DNA of 18,287 nucleotides from Leptolyngbyaceae cyanobacterium. GTDB lineage: Bacteria; Cyanobacteriota; Cyanobacteriia; Phormidesmidales; Phormidesmidaceae. The notes beneath the pieces were generated by a model. The model did no database searches. It was given only the letters and a program-made list of their open reading frames with translations, and had not been told where the DNA came from. A program made the position numbers and the translations under genes. Position 1 is the stretch's first letter. Each line of letters opens with the position of its first letter. Where the stretch lies: contig CBDHHL010000015.1 of the NCBI GenBank assembly GCA_965263355.1, positions 1 through 18,287 on the forward strand. Reading direction: 5' to 3'. Positions 8,406 to 16,336 of the stretch are shown here, piece after piece.

Positions 8406-8740
8406 ATGAAGACGACCTGAAACAGCTCATTTACCATCTTTGCAATGTGACTATGCGGCAGTATAGTTGCCGACTTGAAGCGCTGGCTAAAAATGATGAT
8501 GCTGAATGCAGAAAGCATTTATCTGAGCAATTCCCCATCATCCAGGGAACGAAGCTGCAGCAAACGCTTAGGAAGCTTGGCAACCGTGCGTCAGACAAAG
8601 AGGCTGCGAATCGCGCGATCGAGCGACTGACTGAGGAAGCCTCCATGCAGGAGTTGGCCGAATCAGACCAAGAATGGGTGTGGACTACAAGTGAAAACAG
8701 GATTCCATTTAAGGGAGACACGTCACAAGGAAATGAGTAA
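8402..8740 (+). CDS. Hypothetical protein
   Basis: ATGA-coupled 112-aa ORF. Confidence 0.6.
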   Translation: MNEDDLKQLIYHLCNVTMRQYSCRLEALAKNDDAECRKHLSEQFPIIQGTKLQQTLRKLGNRASDKEAANRAIERLTEEASMQELAESDQEWVWTTSENRIPFKGDTSQGNE

Positions 8741-9149
8741 AACCAAAGCATTTAGAAAAATGGCTCGCGAGCACTTAAAAAGCGAGTCGGCAGAATACCC
8801 CAAAAACGGGCTGGTTGAAATCCCTAAAGAAAAGTGGCCAACAACCAAGGGCAAGCCACCCTTTAGAGTGCTAAGAGGTCGCAAGTTCTTTGTCCAGCTT
8901 TACCTGGAGCCCAATGGCGTTGTTAGAATTAGCGTTACCAAGGCTGAGCTAGGCATGTGCCGCAAGTTTGCTGATGGGATTTCTTGGGATGAATTGCAGG
9001 ATATTAAGCGTTGGTGTGGTTATGGGGATTTGATGGCCGTAGAAATATATCCAGCTGACTGCAACATCGTGAACGACGCGAATATGCGCCATCTATGGGT
9101 ATTGAATGAGTCTATACCTGTTGGATGGTTCGCGAGCACAGCTGACTAG
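8733..9149 (+). CDS. Conserved phage protein (DUF7694-like)
   Basis: SWDELQDIKRWCGYGD..AVEIYP....VNDANMRHLW motif. Start at MSKT with AAGGA RBS. Confidence 0.65.
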   Translation: MSKTKAFRKMAREHLKSESAEYPKNGLVEIPKEKWPTTKGKPPFRVLRGRKFFVQLYLEPNGVVRISVTKAELGMCRKFADGISWDELQDIKRWCGYGDLMAVEIYPADCNIVNDANMRHLWVLNESIPVGWFASTAD

Positions 9150-9181
9150 TTACTTCACTGCTATTTGTTTGAGGTTTTAAT

Positions 9182-9442
9182 TCAACTTTCATCCATCACT
9201 GTAGGGCAATTTTCAGGAATAACGAACGCTTCAAACCATTGACCCAGACCTTGCGCTGGCCTATTTTTGAGTGCCTTAACGAAGCTTTGATTATTTAATC
9301 CCAACGGGATAGCGTCACCACCAATAACAGCGTTTAGTCCATCACTTCGATAGTAACCCCAAGAGCTAGCACAGGAGCAATAACGAAGTCCATAGGCCAA
9401 AGCTCTGATATCTTCGCATTTTGGACAAAATATAAGTTTCAT
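9182..9442 (-). CDS. Small Cys-rich (putative Zn-binding) phage protein
   Basis: CPKC...CSC motifs. Confidence 0.65.
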   Translation of the reverse strand: MKLIFCPKCEDIRALAYGLRYCSCASSWGYYRSDGLNAVIGGDAIPLGLNNQSFVKALKNRPAQGLGQWFEAFVIPENCPTVMDES

Positions 9443-9513
9443 GAAAAGTCTCGATAAGCCCGCTGCCAGCCTTAGGCATCTTATATTGCAAAAGCAGCGG
9501 GCATGAATATTAT

Positions 9514-9546
9514 AAAGGCTCAGGACTTGCGAATCCTGAGCCTTTT
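9514..9546. terminator. Intrinsic terminator-like hairpin, possibly bidirectional
   Basis: AAAGGCTCAGGA (9514-9525) / TCCTGAGCCTTT (9534-9545), just after the stop at 9551. Confidence 0.7.
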
Positions 9547-9550
9547 AGCA

Positions 9551-9685
9551 TTAAACCTTAGTCACTGTTGCCCCTGGATTATCGGCTCTTGCCTCTCTCA
9601 AGGCTTGAGCATAATCTTGGTAAGCGTATTCAACCGTTGGACCATTATTTATCTTGAACTTGAACGTCTGTAGCTTCTGCTTCAT
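9551..9685 (-). CDS. Small hypothetical protein (44 aa, MKQKLQTF...)
   Basis: C-terminal part of the track ORF; ends right before the terminator hairpin. Confidence 0.45.
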   Translation of the reverse strand: MKQKLQTFKFKINNGPTVEYAYQDYAQALREARADNPGATVTKV

Positions 9686-9821
9686 GATCTTGACTTTTTC
9701 CGAACATTTCCAATAACAATTTTTCTCGTGATACACCTGATTGTTTTTGAGCTTTTTTAGCCGCTTCCGCAAGCGCTAAATCTATGCTTCTATCTGCAAT
9801 TAGACTGCTTAGTATTTCCAT
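9645..9821 (-). CDS. Small hypothetical protein (58 aa, MEILSSLIADRS...)
   Basis: Translated by hand; AAGGA RBS; overlaps the upstream stop. Confidence 0.45.
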   Translation of the reverse strand: MEILSSLIADRSIDLALAEAAKKAQKQSGVSREKLLLEMFGKSQDHEAEATDVQVQDK

Positions 9822-10120
9822 GAATTCCTTCTTTGTCTAAACTGCGTTTTATAAAAACCTCCATCATGAGCTTTAGAGTCCCCAAATGATGTTTTCCGAT
9901 GACTTCCTGACGGCTTCGCGATCGACTGTTGCACATAGCCGAGCGCCTTTAATGCCGCCACACTAAGCCAACCAACACGCGGCAGAAATGCATCTCCTGT
10001 AACAGTATCAAAAGACAAATTAATGTCTTGTCCCTTATGCTTGAAAGGCCACTGAATGACCCGTTGACTATCACAATTTTTCAAGATATTCTCCCATTGC
10101 TTTTGAAATAACGATTTCAC
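9809..10120 (-). CDS. Hypothetical protein
   Basis: 103-aa ORF in a packed operon. Confidence 0.5.
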   Translation of the reverse strand: MKSLFQKQWENILKNCDSQRVIQWPFKHKGQDINLSFDTVTGDAFLPRVGWLSVAALKALGYVQQSIAKPSGSHRKTSFGDSKAHDGGFYKTQFRQRRNSWKY

Positions 10121-10262
10121 GTTGTTTTTGAGTTTTGACCGGCATACCTGTTATGGCTGCATACTGACGGATTGCCAGGCTTAGCGCCGTTGGCCCTGTA
10201 GCTGTAGCGATCGTTTTGATCACAAATTGTCGCCATTCTTCAGAGCTTAAAACTTCAGCCAT
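10071..10262 (-). CDS. Hypothetical protein (MAEVLSSEEW...)
   Basis: ATG at 10262 overlaps the stop of 10255-10404. Confidence 0.5.
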   Translation of the reverse strand: MAEVLSSEEWRQFVIKTIATATGPTALSLAIRQYAAITGMPVKTQKQREIVISKAMGEYLEKL

Positions 10263-10404
10263 TTTTATTGTTAGATTGCTGAACATTAGGCAATAACGGA
10301 CTATATATTTGAGCCCTGAGTCCAAGCAACTCGCCTGATTGATGTGCAGTTGTAGGTTGGGCTACTACGCCATCGGTTGGGGGTTTGATTGGTTTATTTT
10401 TCAT
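10255..10404 (-). CDS. Small hypothetical protein (49 aa, MKNKPIKPPTDG...) starting at the IsrB right-end junction
   Basis: Translated by hand; its ATGA directly follows the element right end. Confidence 0.35.
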   Translation of the reverse strand: MKNKPIKPPTDGVVAQPTTAHQSGELLGLRAQIYSPLLPNVQQSNNKNG

Positions 10405-10457
10405 CACAAAACTCCGTGAAACCCCCATCTTCGTTCAAGTGGGGGAGGAAAGGAGAG

Positions 10458-11582
10458 TCAGGCTGCTACGCTCGATGCGTTGCTGACTGACAATCTCTGT
10501 GGGCAATTAACCAGCAACCCCGTAGAACGATAGAGAAGCTGGACTTTAGACGCGGTAAATTGGGCGATTCGCTTCCAGTTGAAATCAGACACCGACACCT
10601 TATTTTTTGTATCCCCAGACACCCAACCGATTGATTGGATGCCTTTCTTTTCAGCAATAACCAAATCGCCTTTTCTAAACCCGTGACGAGTCACAGTGCC
10701 CCCATACTTCCGCCTTAATCCACCCTTAGCGGGCACCATTAAATGGAGTTGACGACGGCTTACGGGTGGCCGATGAACGACTACAAAGTGAGCTGACGTG
10801 ATATTGACCGAGCCAAACCAGTCAGCACCTCTTGAGTCATTGCTGTGATATTTGCGATATTCCACAAACTCACTGGCTGCTAAAGCTATGCCGTCAACGG
10901 CATGAGATTGGGGGGATTGCTCCGCTTTGTTCTTAGACTTTTCTAAGCCCAAATGATCTCTCATGGTGGCAGTCTGCCACCCGTAAAGAGTGCGGACAGG
11001 TGCAAGCTTTTCCAATTGAGCGATGGCCCATTTTTGCCCAACCTGTACCGGGCTGAACGAGCAACCTTTCTTAGTTCGAGCTTTAACGTATTCAAAGACG
11101 ATTCTTGAAACAGGGAATAGCTTGCAAAGCTCAGTTACTACCCTAAGTTCAAGTTGGCGATTAGCCCGAATACTGGGAGGCACTTTTGTTTGCTTACGGT
11201 TGTCAAACCGCTTTTGACGATGTGCCCGCAATTCAAAAGGCAAACTACGGTTAATGCGCCTACCACGCCTGCCACGTCGCATCATTGCCCGTGACTCCAT
11301 CCGATCTTTTGCCCGCTTGAAGGGTAAGAGTAGATGAGCTGTGAACAATGTTGCTTTAGCAGACTGACAGGCTACGCCGGAGAATAATTTTCCCGGATCG
11401 ATACCGACCGCTATTGGCTGGGTAGCTCTACCTGATGGTTCGGATACTAGCCTGACAGCTTTGATCCGAAGGTCGGTCTTAACCCAAACTGCTTTACCTT
11501 GCTCTACCCACTTTTTAGCTCTGGCGAGCTTAGTGGGCATTGCTGGTGAACCGTCTGGGTTGAGTGTTGGAATTCTGAACAT
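10458..11582 (-). CDS. isrB: IsrB RNA-guided nickase (RRXRR family, 374 aa)
   Basis: PLMP-like start MFRIPTLNPDGSPAMPT, RuvC-I GIDPG, Arg-rich bridge helix RRGRRGRR, RuvC-II VFEYV, RuvC-III HAVDG; no HNH between RuvC-II and III. Confidence 0.88.
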   Translation of the reverse strand: MFRIPTLNPDGSPAMPTKLARAKKWVEQGKAVWVKTDLRIKAVRLVSEPSGRATQPIAVGIDPGKLFSGVACQSAKATLFTAHLLLPFKRAKDRMESRAMMRRGRRGRRINRSLPFELRAHRQKRFDNRKQTKVPPSIRANRQLELRVVTELCKLFPVSRIVFEYVKARTKKGCSFSPVQVGQKWAIAQLEKLAPVRTLYGWQTATMRDHLGLEKSKNKAEQSPQSHAVDGIALAASEFVEYRKYHSNDSRGADWFGSVNITSAHFVVVHRPPVSRRQLHLMVPAKGGLRRKYGGTVTRHGFRKGDLVIAEKKGIQSIGWVSGDTKNKVSVSDFNWKRIAQFTASKVQLLYRSTGLLVNCPQRLSVSNASSVAA

Positions 11583-11800
11583 AGTTGGTTGAGAGATAAT
11601 CTCAGTTACTACAGGTCTCTTAAGCCACAAGATTGCAGATGTCTAGCCGTTAGCTACGCCTCAGTAAAAAGGCTTACAGGAGTCCAAAGTAGAGAAGCCT
11701 TTGGAAGTGTTAACCGCAATCTTGCTCAATGGCCTATTCGCAGTTACGCCAGTCTTACTCCTGGCACTCCCCCATCCTCTTTAAGGTGGGGGTCATTGAA
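11583..11800 (-). ncRNA. Omega-RNA (HEARO-like) scaffold of IsrB element 1; guide expected from ~11801-11820
   Basis: Lies between the left end and the ATG. Stems CAAGATTGCGG/CTGCAATCTTG and TCCAAAG/CTTTGGA; motifs shared with the second copy. Confidence 0.8.
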
Positions 11801-11833
11801 TGTCTTTCTTTTCGTGCTAAGTATAAACATTGC

Positions 11834-12094
11834 TTACAATTCCTTTTTTAATTCTTCAATAAATTCCCTAACACCCTGCTCATTCCTGGTGTAATTAACG
11901 AAACTTGCCCGTCTTACACCAGTCACAAGACCCGCAGCTTCTAACTGCTTCAAATGCCTAGAAGCCGTAGGATGATGCACCCCTAACGCGATCGCAACCT
12001 CGCCGCTAGTGAGCACGCTTTCTCTTTTCAGCACTTGCATAACCTCCAGTCGGCCAGGGTTAGCAAGCGCTGAAAGACAATCATGTACGCTCAT
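11834..12094 (-). CDS. ArsR/SmtB-family winged-HTH regulator
   Basis: LSALANPGRLEVMQVL...TSGEVAIALGVHHPTASRHLKQLEAAGLV...Y. Confidence 0.9.
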   Translation of the reverse strand: MSVHDCLSALANPGRLEVMQVLKRESVLTSGEVAIALGVHHPTASRHLKQLEAAGLVTGVRRASFVNYTRNEQGVREFIEELKKEL

Positions 12095-12422
12095 TTTCCG
12101 TTTTTAGGCAAGTAACAGAGAGTTTCCCAACATATAAACCGCTGTGTTTTCGACGCTTTGACGGCTCGATAAAGACTTCAGCGATATCCCCAGACTGATA
12201 ACCGTTAATAGGTCTTAGCGGATAGTTTGGATGCTGTTTATTCTCGGCAATGGCTGCAGCTTTGCAATCCTCCAGGGAGCCTGTTGCTGCAACTGGCTGG
12301 CCATATGGCGAATACTCCCAGCGCATAGCTGTGAGATTGAATCCGATGTGGCCCAGTTTCTCTGCCTCGTTCAGGACAATCCATTGAGTGCTGTGAGTTT
12401 GGCGAAATGTTATGGTGGTCAT
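12081..12422 (-). CDS. Hypothetical protein; N-terminal domain paralogous to 6246-6731
   Basis: Start at MTTITFRQT; shares the TAMRWEY.PYGQ block. Confidence 0.7.
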   Translation of the reverse strand: MTTITFRQTHSTQWIVLNEAEKLGHIGFNLTAMRWEYSPYGQPVAATGSLEDCKAAAIAENKQHPNYPLRPINGYQSGDIAEVFIEPSKRRKHSGLYVGKLSVTCLKTENERT

Positions 12423-12847
12423 AAGGCTAAATAATTGTGGGATCTTCTCCCAAGCATTGCTGTAAAGTTTGCCTCGAAACTGTTGGGAAAGGTTGATAGA
12501 CAAGAGACACAGGCTTATAAACCGTTCGTCTATACTGTTTAATCTCAAGTCCTCAGAGCTACAAACTGGCGGTCATTCGCAGGTGAGTCGCATTAAAGCG
12601 TCACTTTCTCAACGTGGATACTTAAACCCTTGCTTTCGCAACTTCAGTCATTTCTGAAGATTCTGCACGTTACTTCCCTGCTAAGCAGGTTTGACTACAT
12701 CTGTACGGATTTGTCTAGGTTTTTAGTAACGGTTCCAGTTAAGTTCTATGCAGCCCTGGTAAACTTCACCTGGCAGATAAATAGACCAGGAGTCGATGCC
12801 TATCTTAGTGAAAGTCATTTTCCATTTTTGGAAAGTGTTCAATTCCA

Positions 12848-12876
12848 ATTATGGATGTTATTTCCAAATCTGTCAA
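12848..12876 (-). promoter_or_regulatory. Sigma70-type promoter
   Basis: TTGACA, 17 bp, CATAAT on the minus strand. Confidence 0.7.
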
Positions 12877-12878
12877 TA

Positions 12879-13232
12879 CTAAATTGCCGCAAACTGTTGA
12901 ATTGATTGATTAATCTGCTCTCGCTTCTGCCAAAGGCTGCCTAGCCTTTTGGACTGTTTTTTCTCTAGCCAAACACCATGCTCAAGATAGTAGCTAATTT
13001 CATGAGCCTTTAGCCCTCTATGGGCCAAAATCTTTTCTAATGCCTGAAAAGAAAAGTCGTCTAGTTGCTTAACATAATTGCCAGAACGCCAAGCCGCAAT
13101 TGTTTGATGACTTGCTAGTCCATCGCAGCGATCGCTTAGGTCTCGAACCGTTGCATCAATTCCAGCTGCTTTAAGTATCTTTTTCGATAGCAGCTCTGAT
13201 AATCTTTGTTTATATTGCGTTGATGCTCTCAT
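12879..13232 (-). CDS. Putative HTH DNA-binding protein
   Basis: TVRDLSDRCDGLASHQTIAAWRSG resembles an XRE-type HTH. Confidence 0.55.
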   Translation of the reverse strand: MRASTQYKQRLSELLSKKILKAAGIDATVRDLSDRCDGLASHQTIAAWRSGNYVKQLDDFSFQALEKILAHRGLKAHEISYYLEHGVWLEKKQSKRLGSLWQKREQINQSIQQFAAI

Positions 13233-13242
13233 GGCCGTTAAA

Positions 13243-14097
13243 CTATGAAACTAAAACTTTCAGGCTAATCATTTCGATGGGGGGAAGTGCCCCTAGTGAC
13301 AGCATGCCCTGCTTACATTCATGAGCAAGGCTCAAGTCAGGCTTACTTGCTAAATTTACTCCTCTGTAAATAGTATTTACAGATTCCTTTGATTCTAGGA
13401 TATCAAATTGTTTGGGCGGTCGCAGTAAATCAATTAAGTATTTTGCTGAACCATCGCTTAAGTTATCGGCTTTATCGCCGACTGCTATCTTCCATCGCCA
13501 AACGTCATCACATCTAAATGATTGATAGCTAGGCAATGCCCACCATTTCTGACGTTTCTTAGATTGCTGGTTCCATTTGCTGCAAAGCCAATTAAATATC
13601 TCTTCTCGACTTCGAACGCGTGGAGGGTGGTTGCGAGTATTTAACCAAAAAATATCAGGGTTTTGGACTAACCCATGCCAGTCACTATCAACGGTAGCCA
13701 AATAGATTTGATCGATCAATCCTGAGCTGCTATCTAGCCATAGCCGAACAATAGCAGCGGCTACGTCGTCGGCTTCTTGTGATTTTATATCAATCAAAGA
13801 AGCACTGCTGCTTAATATGCCCTCCATTGCAGTATGAAATGATGCGGGTTTAGGTTTGCGGCCTGCTTTGTAATCGGGGAATAGCTGATTACGCCAGTAG
13901 GGCTTAGAGTCAATTGCCCAAACGCATTTAGCAGTTGATTGCAACGTAGGAATCCAGCTTAGTGAATTAACCCATTCTGCCGCCATGTAGGCGTAAACTT
14001 TAGCGTTAGTTTCAGTTAGGCCTGCCTTGTCAATCTGTGCCGACATTTGGAAGGCGATCACAGACGTATCAACAATAATTAGGTTGTTCACTATCAC
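13243..14097 (-). CDS. 5'-3' exonuclease / flap endonuclease (T4 RNase H / T5 D15 / PolI N-terminal family)
   Basis: Motifs IIVDTS, WAIDSKPYWR...YKAGRK, EADD, TVDSDW and GDKADNL. Confidence 0.9.
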   Translation of the reverse strand: MIVNNLIIVDTSVIAFQMSAQIDKAGLTETNAKVYAYMAAEWVNSLSWIPTLQSTAKCVWAIDSKPYWRNQLFPDYKAGRKPKPASFHTAMEGILSSSASLIDIKSQEADDVAAAIVRLWLDSSSGLIDQIYLATVDSDWHGLVQNPDIFWLNTRNHPPRVRSREEIFNWLCSKWNQQSKKRQKWWALPSYQSFRCDDVWRWKIAVGDKADNLSDGSAKYLIDLLRPPKQFDILESKESVNTIYRGVNLASKPDLSLAHECKQGMLSLGALPPIEMISLKVLVS

Positions 14098-14173
14098 ACA
14101 AAAATATAAACATCAAATTTTTTCCCAAGATCTGTCAAACCCATGCTGTGAAAGGGTTATTTAGATTTTTCGC

Positions 14174-15712
14174 TCAATCAGCCATCAATTTGTAAACTAA
14201 ACTTTGAGCTTTAGCGATGCATTCTTGAAATTCTTTTTCCTGAGCAGAGTCGACGGCGTACCACAATGTTTCTAGCCCTGGGATTGCAAGAAACCCGTCA
14301 ATTTCGTACTCTTCACAAAAACAGTCAATCAGGCAGATCATGACATGCATAGCATCGGTTAATGGTCTTAATTGCAGCCAATCAGCCTTAGCTTTTTTGT
14401 TGGCTTTCACTGGCTCAGGGGGCTTAGCAAAATGCGTTTTAATGTTCGGCTGGCTGGCTAATGTCTTAGCTAATGCATTCCCTGGGATAATCGGCATCGG
14501 AACCCTAGCTTCAAACAGCATGTAACTAGTGGTCGGCTGATCACTAACTCCAGTAATTAAAAATTGCCGAATCATCCAGTGATGACTCCAGATGGTGCTT
14601 TTGGGCATCCCTGATACATCGTGAGCAGGGTTAAAGCCCATATTGGTCATGCCGTTAACGCTGTATCCATCGCGAAATGTACGCAAATGTGATTTGCCCC
14701 AATTGACTAGAGCAATATCATTAGAATCTCGTTTGCTAGGCTTAATTTTTTTGGCTTTTTCGTATTCAGTTTCTATATACGAAACAAGTTCTTGCCAATC
14801 ACCAACCGGATATCTAAGCCCAGTCGTTGCCGCCATGCCATACAAAATTACTGGACTGGGGCAATAGATATTCGCAACCAGTGGCCATAGTTCTTGAAAC
14901 AATCGAAGGGTTATCCAGACATCTTGAGCACAATATTCAAACAGCGTCTGTGGCCCTTCCCCTCCAACTGTTTTCAGAATCTCAATTCCCAGTACGTCAC
15001 TAGCTAAGCTGGCCAGATCCATGTCGGATGCCTGAGTTACCCAATCGGGAGCAGGCTTACCATTAGCGATCGCAACCTTGTACTTCTCATACTGCGATCG
15101 CTGTTCTTTATGCACACCTCTGACAAGCATTGCCAGGGCCATCACATCTATAAATAGACAACGCTCTGGTCCATACTCTGCATAAGAACTACTAAGAAAT
15201 TGCGAATCATGGGCAGCGCCATTCTGAGTGATCACGATGCAGCCAGTTGGAAACGGGATAGTGCGCCGCTTAGTTTCCGTCCAACGATACATTGGATTTT
15301 GCTCTTGCCATGCATACCAGTAACCATCGGCCCCATAGCAAATGCATAGGCAAGGCAACCATGCGTCTATATCAGCGTTTGCCGTGAATGCTTGCAATTC
15401 AATGGATTCAACATCGAGAACCATGGTTGCAGGCAGGTCATCAGGGGAAATGCATTGCCAGCTGCCCTCATCAAGACGAGCCCAACCACTACCGCCCACC
15501 TGGTCAAATGTCGGGATAAATTCAACTGGGAATCGCTCAACTTGCACATTATTTAATAGGGGGGTTAATTCAACTGCGATGTCATGCCATAAGTCCCCAA
15601 CCATTCCTTCTAGCCAAGCTCGCCACTCGGCACCCGTGGCCCCCTCCTTAGGATATGGATAAGAGCTGAACTTTGGTTCTGTTACTGGTCTAGTAATTGT
15701 TGTTGTTGACAT
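14174..15712 (-). CDS. DNA polymerase gamma-like protein: intact DEDDy 3'-5' exonuclease, reduced and degenerate polymerase region
   Basis: ExoI VLDVE (D100, E102), ExoII QNGAAHD (D169), ExoIII YCAQDVW (Y260, D264), plus PolG-like segments CPSPVILYGM...YPVGDW and DAMHVM...EEYEIDG. Confidence 0.8.
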   Translation of the reverse strand: MSTTTITRPVTEPKFSSYPYPKEGATGAEWRAWLEGMVGDLWHDIAVELTPLLNNVQVERFPVEFIPTFDQVGGSGWARLDEGSWQCISPDDLPATMVLDVESIELQAFTANADIDAWLPCLCICYGADGYWYAWQEQNPMYRWTETKRRTIPFPTGCIVITQNGAAHDSQFLSSSYAEYGPERCLFIDVMALAMLVRGVHKEQRSQYEKYKVAIANGKPAPDWVTQASDMDLASLASDVLGIEILKTVGGEGPQTLFEYCAQDVWITLRLFQELWPLVANIYCPSPVILYGMAATTGLRYPVGDWQELVSYIETEYEKAKKIKPSKRDSNDIALVNWGKSHLRTFRDGYSVNGMTNMGFNPAHDVSGMPKSTIWSHHWMIRQFLITGVSDQPTTSYMLFEARVPMPIIPGNALAKTLASQPNIKTHFAKPPEPVKANKKAKADWLQLRPLTDAMHVMICLIDCFCEEYEIDGFLAIPGLETLWYAVDSAQEKEFQECIAKAQSLVYKLMAD

Positions 15713-15854
15713 GATTTATTAGTTTGTTCGAATTAGATAATAATCACAGCGGCATAGGCTAGCGTCTAAGCCTGGGATGATGGCATTTGGCGAAGTAGTG
15801 CATTTGGTTTTAGAACGACGGGTTAACGGCAGTTCTAATTAGTAAGGCATGGTT
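15677..15854. repeat. Direct repeat copy 1 (internally deleted) of 16301-16669
   Basis: 15677-15734 matches 16301-16358 (1 mismatch); 15733-15854 matches 16548-16669 ungapped; about 190 bp are missing between the blocks. Confidence 0.92.
15719..15850 (-). pseudogene. Decayed duplicate of 16306-16665
   Basis: Reads MPY*LELPLTRRSKTKCTTSPNAIIPGLDASLCRCDY: stop at codon 4 and an internal deletion. Confidence 0.8.
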
Positions 15855-16336
15855 TACGTCCAAATTATTTTATTGACCTCATCCTGCAAGCCATTTTGAA
15901 GTTTGATGTTTTCTTGTGCATACAAAGCTTGAATCCTCTCATAGGCTTCATTGATATCTTCAAAAGTAGACCCATTTGAAACTAAGTAAAAAAGATCAAC
16001 ACAGAAATAGCCAAGTGCGTTAATTTGCTTGCTAGACAATCTCCATTTAGTAGATGCTCGAAGAATACTTTTTGCTCGATTAAGGTAGTACAGTTCAAAA
16101 TATTCTTTATTAACCTGTTCTGCGCAATAAACGCCAAACTTGGCGAGCTGGATTATTTGCTCATGGCTCTTATTGCTTAATAGCCATGAGCAAATAACAT
16201 TAGGGTTGCTTACAGGCCAAGAAACAATATATGGGTTGAAAATATCTTCCAAGCTTTGTTCTAGACAATGATCGGCCATGTCGCCCATTGGTTTAACTCC
16301 TTCTGTTACTGGTCTAGTAATTGTTGTTGTTGACAT
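15854..16336 (-). CDS. Hypothetical protein carrying the duplicated MSTTTITRPVTE start (own start may be MGDMAD at 16288)
   Basis: First 12 codons are identical to those of the Pol-gamma-like gene; a second RBS (AAGGAG) precedes MGDMAD. Confidence 0.65.
   Translation of the reverse strand: MSTTTITRPVTEGVKPMGDMADHCLEQSLEDIFNPYIVSWPVSNPNVICSWLLSNKSHEQIIQLAKFGVYCAEQVNKEYFELYYLNRAKSILRASTKWRLSSKQINALGYFCVDLFYLVSNGSTFEDINEAYERIQALYAQENIKLQNGLQDEVNKIIWT

Larger units (their letters stand above)
10405..11800 (-). mobile_element. Non-autonomous IS200/IS605-family IsrB (OMEGA) element 1
   Basis: Left end TTCAATGACCCCCACCTTAAAGAGGATGGGGG (from 11800). Right end TTCCTCCCCCACTTGAACGAAGATGGGGGTTTCACGGAG (10450-10412). 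No tnpA. Right boundary uncertain by a few nt. Confidence 0.85.

Noticed and set aside
10458..11630. Calling the RRXRR protein IscB/Cas9-like, or starting it at 11630
   Set aside because: No HNH domain between RuvC-II and III, so it is IsrB. The first 16 track codons lie in the omega-RNA.
11801..11820. A second target for either predicted guide within the window
   Set aside because: No convincing match seen by eye.
133..15662. Short antisense or alternate-frame track ORFs (e.g. 133-318, 1085-1267, 1384-1941, 2746-2958, 4727-4966, 6268-6689, 7206-7628, 8261-8751, 11023-11217, 11589-11894, 14340-14867, 15342-15662)
   Set aside because: They shadow better-supported genes or RNAs and have no recognisable motifs.
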